Positions 10,001 to 15,303 of a stretch of DNA of 15,303 nucleotides are shown here, piece by piece. The position numbers and the translations under genes were made by a program. The stretch is from assembly GCA_051382305.1 (NCBI GenBank), contig JBBCAV010000261.1, forward strand, positions 1 through 15,303, in the 5' to 3' direction. The DNA is from Bdellovibrionota bacterium FG-2. Its GTDB lineage: Bacteria; Bdellovibrionota; UBA1018. The notes beneath the pieces are model-generated. The model worked only from the letters and a program-made list of their open reading frames with translations. It was not told where the DNA came from and ran no database searches. How positions within the stretch are numbered: position 1 is the stretch's first letter; each line of letters opens with the position of its first letter.

Positions 10001-10762
10001 TTATCGTGACCCGCCGCATTTTTTCCACGTCAGCGCCGAAGAAAGCCCCAGGTCCGCGCTATCGACCATGAGCATCACAGAATCCTGGTCAAAATTTGAA
10101 GTTACCCCAAGCGTAAGATCCATCAACAACAGAGCCTTGCCGGTGCACGTGTTCCAGCTGGGCTTCGCTTCGGCCGTTAGAACAAACTCGCCCTCAGATT
10201 CGCCGCCCGTTTCTGGATAAGTCTTTTGACCGTCAAAAACCGTCTGCACGCCCGAATCATCGGCAAGCCATTGCTTCAGCGCAACTTGGGCCGAAGTGCC
10301 ATTAGGCGCGCTAAAAAAGCCACGAAAATCGGATTTGATCGAAGCAAGGCTCAAACCCACCGGCGCATTGAGCGGAATCATTATACTACAAACCTTCGTT
10401 TGATTTGCCAATTGGCGAGAAGATCTGCCCGCTCGACTAGTAGGGCCGGCCTCAACAGAGGCTTGGTCAAAAAGCGCACTTAAGCTTCGATGATCAGGAC
10501 TCAACACGGACGACATGGACTGCTTGGGACAGCCTTCACCAAAATAAGTGGGAAGTCCGAATTCGATCTGATCAGAGATGGGACGAAGCATTGGATTCTT
10601 TTCTTTTTTTGGAGGGAGTTTGATTTCTTTGGGCGGCCACTTCATGGGCAATTTAAGTTTCATCTTGGGGATCGGCAAACCACCGGGACCTGCAAACGAT
10701 AACGAAGGAAACAGGGCCAAGCCCAACACACTTAAAAAAACCGCTAATTTTCGGGAAAACAT
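10001..10762 (-). CDS. Secreted DUF4360-family protein with Pro/Lys-rich N-terminal extension
   Basis: Likely start is the ATG at 10762 (MFSRKLAVFLSVLGLALFPSLSFA, a signal peptide, with GAGGG upstream). DUF4360-type pattern YFGEGCP...SPD..SLSALFD...KVCSIMIPL..P.G.S......FRGF...W..C...D...L.WKKC. Confidence 0.8.
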   Translation of the reverse strand: MFSRKLAVFLSVLGLALFPSLSFAGPGGLPIPKMKLKLPMKWPPKEIKLPPKKEKNPMLRPISDQIEFGLPTYFGEGCPKQSMSSVLSPDHRSLSALFDQASVEAGPTSRAGRSSRQLANQTKVCSIMIPLNAPVGLSLASIKSDFRGFFSAPNGTSAQVALKQWLADDSGVQTVFDGQKTYPETGGESEGEFVLTAEAKPSWNTCTGKALLLMDLTLGVTSNFDQDSVMLMVDSADLGLSSALTWKKCGGSR

Positions 10763-10794
10763 TCGACACCGCCCCTCTCTCAGAGGCGTAATAG

Positions 10795-10811
10795 AGCAAA
10801 CGCGGGGCCAA
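10795..10811 (-). promoter_or_regulatory. Sigma-54 (-24/-12) promoter for the DUF4360 gene
   Basis: The minus strand reads TTGGCCCCGCGTTTGCT, giving GG-N10-GC with TGGC...TTGC, about 32 nt upstream of the ATG. An IHF-like site TTTCAAGGGGTTG at 10826-10838 has one mismatch to WATCAANNNNTTR. Confidence 0.7.
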
Positions 10812-11001
10812 GACGGAGGGCCTGATTTCAAGGGGTTGCGCGCAACTCAGTGTTTAAGTTATAGCCACCTGACTGACGTAAAAGTAAGTCTCAAATCTCA
10901 ACATAGAAGCCGAATTTCGGACACCTGGTCGAGCGAGAACCCACGAATCATAGGAATTTTTCGGAATTTTCCAAGAACGCTTCCTGCAATCCGAGCAAGC
11001 C

Positions 11002-11925
11002 ATGAGTCATATCCTCTCTCAATTCCCCATTCGAAAAATCCCAGCCTCACAATTGCCCCCCTCGCTAAACGAAGGCTTCGTTCCCCCGCCCTATCTCTAT
11101 GTTCAAGGGAGCGACAACGCGCTCATGCTTTTGGAGCGACTCACCACCTTCGGTCTCTCGATTGTCGGCACGCGCGAACCCCTTGCCAGAAGCATCAACT
11201 TCGCCAAGGAAGTGGTTCGAAGAGTCTCAATGAATCCCCTCATTATCGTCTCAGGTTTTGCCCGCGGAATCGATTGTGCCGCCCACCAAGCCGCGCTCGA
11301 ATCAGGCCTTTCTACAGTTGCCATATTAGGCTGTGGACTCGATATCGATTACCCGCGAGAACATGCGCGATTGAGAGCCGCCATCCTGAACCACGACGGG
11401 CTATTGATTTCAGAGTTTGCCGAAACCACTCAAGCACTCCCTCAAAATTTTATTCTGAGAAACAGAATTATCGCTGCGTGGAGCCGTGCCGTCTGGGTAG
11501 CTGAGGCTCCGATGCGTTCGGGCGCACTCAACACCGCCAAATGGGCCATCGATTCTCACCGGGCTCTTTACGCGACTCCATGTTCACCCGGCGATCCGGC
11601 CTATGCGGGAAACCAAAAACTCCTAGATGATGGCCATGCTCTGCCGCTCTGGGGCGCTCACTCACTTCAATCGGCTTGGCTATCGCTAAACCTTGCCAAA
11701 CCCAAGCGAACTCTCCCAGCGGACTTGCTCCAGCAATCACTATTCCAACAACTGCATCACCAAGTCACGCAGGCGGGCCGTCAGACGGGCGGCTCAACGG
11801 TGGAGTCTCTTTTGGACTGGGCGATCGAAAAAGGCTGGACTCCGCAAGAATTTTTTTCGACGCTAAAACAAACCCTAGACGAGGGGGTTTTGAAAGATTC
11901 GCAAGGGATTTTAAGTGCATTTTAA
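11002..11925 (+). CDS. dprA: DNA-processing protein DprA (Smf)
   Basis: SIVGTR, IVSGFARGIDCAAHQAAL, AILGCGLDIDYP, LISEF, FILRNRIIA, EAPMRSGALNTA. It lies directly upstream of topA, a widely conserved gene order. Confidence 0.95.
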   Translation: MSHILSQFPIRKIPASQLPPSLNEGFVPPPYLYVQGSDNALMLLERLTTFGLSIVGTREPLARSINFAKEVVRRVSMNPLIIVSGFARGIDCAAHQAALESGLSTVAILGCGLDIDYPREHARLRAAILNHDGLLISEFAETTQALPQNFILRNRIIAAWSRAVWVAEAPMRSGALNTAKWAIDSHRALYATPCSPGDPAYAGNQKLLDDGHALPLWGAHSLQSAWLSLNLAKPKRTLPADLLQQSLFQQLHHQVTQAGRQTGGSTVESLLDWAIEKGWTPQEFFSTLKQTLDEGVLKDSQGILSAF

Positions 11926-11990
11926 CAATTCTCACCCCAAAAATGACGCCACCAATCACCCCCCTGGGAGCCTCCGGCGATTTTAGCTGC

Positions 11991-12020
11991 TTGAAAAATT
12001 GGGAAATTTCCCTTTAAAGT
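11991..12020 (+). promoter_or_regulatory. Putative topA promoter with palindromic spacer
   Basis: TTGAAA(11991)-N18-TAAAGT(12015-12020). The spacer contains the perfect palindrome GGGAAATTTCCC (12001-12012), and the ATG lies 6 nt after the -10 box. Confidence 0.5.
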
Positions 12021-12026
12021 GTGCTC

Positions 12027-14333
12027 ATGGCAAAAAAAGCCCTCATCATTGTCGAATCACCCTCGAAGGCCAAGACGATCCAAAAGTACGTCGGCAAAGA
12101 CTATATTGTAAAAGCCAGCGTCGGACATATTAAGGATCTGCCAAAAAACAAACTAGGCGTGGACACCAAAAAGGGGTTTGAGCCTGAGTACGACGTCATC
12201 GCGTCAAAGTCCAAGGTCATTGAAGAACTCAAAAAAGCGGCTGAAAAAGTCCCCCACCTCTACCTCGCAACTGACCCTGACCGTGAAGGCGAAGCCATTG
12301 CTTATCACATTAGCGAAGTGCTCAAGACCCGCGGCAAGAAGGTCAGCCGGGTCTTATTCCATTCAATCACAAAAGCCTCGGTCCTTGAAGCCATCGCAAA
12401 CCCCACCGAGCTTGATGAAGCGAAGTACGAGGCCCAAAAAGCGCGTCGCGTCTTGGACCGTTTAGTCGGCTACAAGATTAGTCCCTTGCTTTGGGACAAA
12501 GTGAAACGAGGGATCTCAGCAGGACGCGTGCAATCCGTGGCACTTCGCCTCGTAGTGGATCGTGAAGTGGAGATCAAAGCTTTCAACGCTGAGGAATACT
12601 GGTCGATTCACACCCATTTTTCAAAAGATGGCGTGGATCTTGAGGCTAAACTTTTCAAGATTGATGGCAAAGATCCTGAGTTCAAAAATCGTGAAGCGAT
12701 TGATGCCTGGCTCAAAGCGACTCAAGATTTGAAGTGGAGCGTTTCGGATTTAGAGCAAAAAGAGCGGCAGCGAAAACCCACAGCGCCCTTCATTACCAGT
12801 AGACTCCAGCAAGACGGTGCAAGACAGCTTGGCTTTAGCGCCAAGAAGACCATGACTTTGGCTCAGAAACTCTATGAAGGGTTGGATCTCGGGCCGCACG
12901 GCACGCAAGGTTTGATCACCTATATGAGAACCGACTCGGTTCGAATTGATCCGAGTGCTCAAAAAGACGCGCATGCGTTTATCCTTAATAAGTACGGAAA
13001 AGAATATTTGCCCGCCGAGTTTAACGTCTACAAATCCAAAAAAGCCGCGCAAGAAGCCCACGAAGCGATTCGTCCGACCTCGCTTGAGTTTCCCCCGGAA
13101 ATGGTTCAGCCCTTCTTAGAACCTGACATGTTTCGGCTCTATCAGCTCATCTGGAACCGTTTTCTTGCCTCCCAAATGACGCCGGCGATTTACGATCAAA
13201 CGACCATTGATATTTCATCCAAAGACAAGACCGCTCATCTTCATACGTTCCGCGCTAGCGGCAGCGTCATGAAGTTTCCGGGCTTCACGGCCGTCTACCA
13301 GGAGATGGAAGACGACAAAGGTGACGATGCCGACAAAGTCTTGCAGCTCCCCAAATTGGCCGTTGGGACGTCACTCAAGGCAGGTGAAATCAACCCCCTT
13401 CAACATTTCACGCAACCGCCTCCCCGCTATACCGATGCGTCTTTGATTAAAGATTTGGAAGAAAAAGGAATTGGCCGTCCGTCGACTTATGCGTCGATCC
13501 TCTCGAACCTTCAAGATCGTGAGTATGTCGAAAAACGCGAAAACAAGTACTATCCGAGCGAACTGGGCACCGTCGTGACCGAACTTCTGGTCGCGGCTTT
13601 TCCCGATCTTCTTAACTTCGAATTTACCGCGGAGATGGAAAACCAACTCGACGAGATTGAAGAGGGCAAAAAGAATTTCAAAAAAATCATGACAGCCTTT
13701 TGGAAACCGTTTGAAAAAACGCTTGAGCAAGCCAAAAAGGACATGAAAAACATCAAACGACTCGAGGTTCCTACCGATGTCGTTTGCGAAAAGTGTTCGC
13801 ATAAAATGGTCATCAAATGGGGAAAACTAGGATCTTTCCTGGCCTGCTCCAATTATCCAGAGTGTAAAAATACCCAAGACTTCAAAAAAGATGACCAAGG
13901 TGTGATCGTCATTATTCCAAAAGAGTACACCGACAAAAAGTGTAAAAAATGTGACAACCCGATGGTTATCAAGGGCGGTAAATTTGGGAAGTTCCTAGCG
14001 TGCAGCGACTATCCGAATTGCAAATACACGCAGGCCGTAACCATTGGCATCCAGTGCCCCAAGTGCAAGCAAGGCGACATCGCGCAACGGCAGTCTCGCT
14101 TTCGTCGAATTTTCTTTAGCTGCGAGCGTTGGCCGGATTGTGACTTTGCGCTGTGGGATAAGCCGATCACCAAGGAATGCCCCGAATGCAAGTTTCCGCT
14201 CATGACCGAGAAAATCACAAAACGCGCGGGCTTGTTTCACAAATGTCCGGTTAAAGAGTGTGGGTTCATCGAAATCTTGGATCCCAACGCAGGCGTGGCG
14301 GGTGCGGCTCCTCCGCCTGCAGCGTCGGCCTAA
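12027..14333 (+). CDS. topA: DNA topoisomerase I (type IA) with four C-terminal Zn ribbons
   Basis: TOPRIM motifs IIVESPSKAKTI and LATDPDREGEAI, SAGRVQS, catalytic ITYMRTDS, AQEAHEAIRPT, GIGRPSTYA and four C4 repeats. The start is ATG 12027, or alternatively GTG 12021. Confidence 0.98.
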   Translation: MAKKALIIVESPSKAKTIQKYVGKDYIVKASVGHIKDLPKNKLGVDTKKGFEPEYDVIASKSKVIEELKKAAEKVPHLYLATDPDREGEAIAYHISEVLKTRGKKVSRVLFHSITKASVLEAIANPTELDEAKYEAQKARRVLDRLVGYKISPLLWDKVKRGISAGRVQSVALRLVVDREVEIKAFNAEEYWSIHTHFSKDGVDLEAKLFKIDGKDPEFKNREAIDAWLKATQDLKWSVSDLEQKERQRKPTAPFITSRLQQDGARQLGFSAKKTMTLAQKLYEGLDLGPHGTQGLITYMRTDSVRIDPSAQKDAHAFILNKYGKEYLPAEFNVYKSKKAAQEAHEAIRPTSLEFPPEMVQPFLEPDMFRLYQLIWNRFLASQMTPAIYDQTTIDISSKDKTAHLHTFRASGSVMKFPGFTAVYQEMEDDKGDDADKVLQLPKLAVGTSLKAGEINPLQHFTQPPPRYTDASLIKDLEEKGIGRPSTYASILSNLQDREYVEKRENKYYPSELGTVVTELLVAAFPDLLNFEFTAEMENQLDEIEEGKKNFKKIMTAFWKPFEKTLEQAKKDMKNIKRLEVPTDVVCEKCSHKMVIKWGKLGSFLACSNYPECKNTQDFKKDDQGVIVIIPKEYTDKKCKKCDNPMVIKGGKFGKFLACSDYPNCKYTQAVTIGIQCPKCKQGDIAQRQSRFRRIFFSCERWPDCDFALWDKPITKECPECKFPLMTEKITKRAGLFHKCPVKECGFIEILDPNAGVAGAAPPPAASA

Positions 14334-14357
14334 GTCCGCGATTATATTTCACGTGAT

Positions 14358-15195
14358 ATGAATTATCAGAACAAAACAAACGAAGAACTAAAGCAAGCAT
14401 TAGAAAATCTAAGAAGCCTGTAAAGAGTATGCCGAAAATATCATCAGAACAGCAAACGTCATTTTTGTGCGATTGGACGCACAAGCCCGGGTCATCGGCA
14501 CAAATCCGACCGCAGAAAAGATTACGGGTTACTCGCACGAGGAGCTCTTGGGTTCGAATTGGTTTGAGACCTTAGTCCCCAAGACCGTTACCCCCAGGTA
14601 TGGGATGAGTTCAATCGACTTTTGAATAAAGGCATCCCCAAAAACTTCGAGAATCCCATTCTCACCAAAACCGGGCAAGAGCGTTACATCCTTTGGCAAA
14701 ACAGCGAGGTTTTAGCGCAAGCTGGTATTGACGGAACCATCTCCTTTGGGGTCGACATCACCGAACGCCGGCAATCCGAAAGAGAAGTGATTAGGATTAG
14801 CGAGAAGCTTTCAACACTTACTCATCAACTTCCCTGCGAAGTTTTTGAGACGGACGTCAATGGAAGTTGTACTTTTGCTAACGATTTTTGGTTCTCCATG
14901 ACTGGCCTCACCCTTGAGCAAGCAAGGGACGGGGGTGGCTTGAAGCGATTCATCCCGAAGACCGGGATACATTTTTTTCAAAGTGGTTTGAAGCGGCCCA
15001 ATCCCAGCGCGAGTTTCATCTCGAATACCGTTTTCAACACGTGGATGGACGTCTTTTTTATGTTTCTGGCATTACCCATGCACTGAAAGATTCTACAGGC
15101 AATGTCACGGGCTTTATTACAGTGTGCAGGACTTGACTGCGGAGAAAGCAGCAGCACAAGAGCAACTAAGGAACTGTAACAAAATAACTGAGTGA
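14358..15195 (+). pseudogene. Degraded tandem PAS/PAC sensor gene (four frameshifts, no output domain)
   Basis: Joining frames gives MNYQNKTNEELKQALENL / KEYAENIIRTANVIFVRLD...AEKITGYSHEELLGSNWFETLVP / DRYPQVWDEF...FENPILTKTGQERYILWQN...GVDITERR...FETDVNGSCTFANDFWFSMTGLTLEQARD / WLEAIHPEDR...EYRFQHVDG...GFIT / VQDLTAEK...stop. Shifts occur near 14421, 14581, 14933 and 15123. Confidence 0.85.
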
Positions 15196-15236
15196 TTTTA
15201 GTTTCTTGTCGGTCGGATCGTATAATTCCAATCACC

Positions 15237-15303
15237 ATGAAATTTGTGACGGCGCAGGTTGATCGTGGCGAATTGCGCATCGGAGATTTTGACACCCTTG
15301 GGA
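15237..15303 (+). CDS. 5' start of a gene running off the window (product uncertain; weakly resembles a diaminopimelate decarboxylase N-terminus)
   Basis: A perfect TATAAT at 15221-15226 is followed by the ATG at 15237 and an open frame MKFVTAQVDRGELRIGDFDTLG to the window end. Only 22 codons are visible. Confidence 0.45.
   Translation, partial: MKFVTAQVDRGELRIGDFDTLG

Noticed and set aside
10763-10831. Longer N-terminus for the DUF4360 gene as given in the ORF track
   Set aside because: The signal peptide, SD and sigma-54 element all point to the ATG at 10762.
10578-11504. 308-aa + strand ORF spanning DUF4360, the intergenic region and dprA
   Set aside because: It overlaps two well-supported genes in other frames, has an Arg/Ser-rich shadow-like composition and shows no domain motifs.
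14622-15086. Standalone intact 154-aa PAS protein
   Set aside because: It starts mid-domain at a TTG and goes out of frame at the G-run near 14933; it is part of the larger pseudogene.

Overview
Bacterial chromosomal window of about 50% GC. The gene content suggests a Bdellovibrionota/deltaproteobacterial-type host, which is inference only. In order: (1) the 3' end of a DDE/integrase-type (ISNCY-like) transposase, whose apparent right end overlaps the stop codon of the next gene; (2) a 673-aa fusion of tRNA-guanine transglycosylase (Tgt) with an MnmC/MnmD-like SAM methyltransferase; (3) a Cys-rich lipoprotein with an FGE-type C-type-lectin C-terminal domain; (4) a secreted START-domain protein; (5) a Gly/RGG-tailed RRM RNA-binding protein with a structured upstream region; (6) a DUF3943 outer-membrane protein; (7) a coupled HDOD plus metallo-beta-lactamase-fold hydrolase pair; (8) a secreted DUF4360 protein with a sigma-54-type promoter; (9) dprA and topA; (10) a PAS-PAS pseudogene with four frameshifts; (11) the start of a further gene. 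No rRNA, tRNA, CRISPR array or reverse transcriptase was seen. The best candidate for new biology is the Tgt-methyltransferase fusion, which could make an N-methylated preQ1 at tRNA position 34. That is a hypothesis and is not shown by the sequence. All family assignments come from motif recognition by eye; no searches were run.
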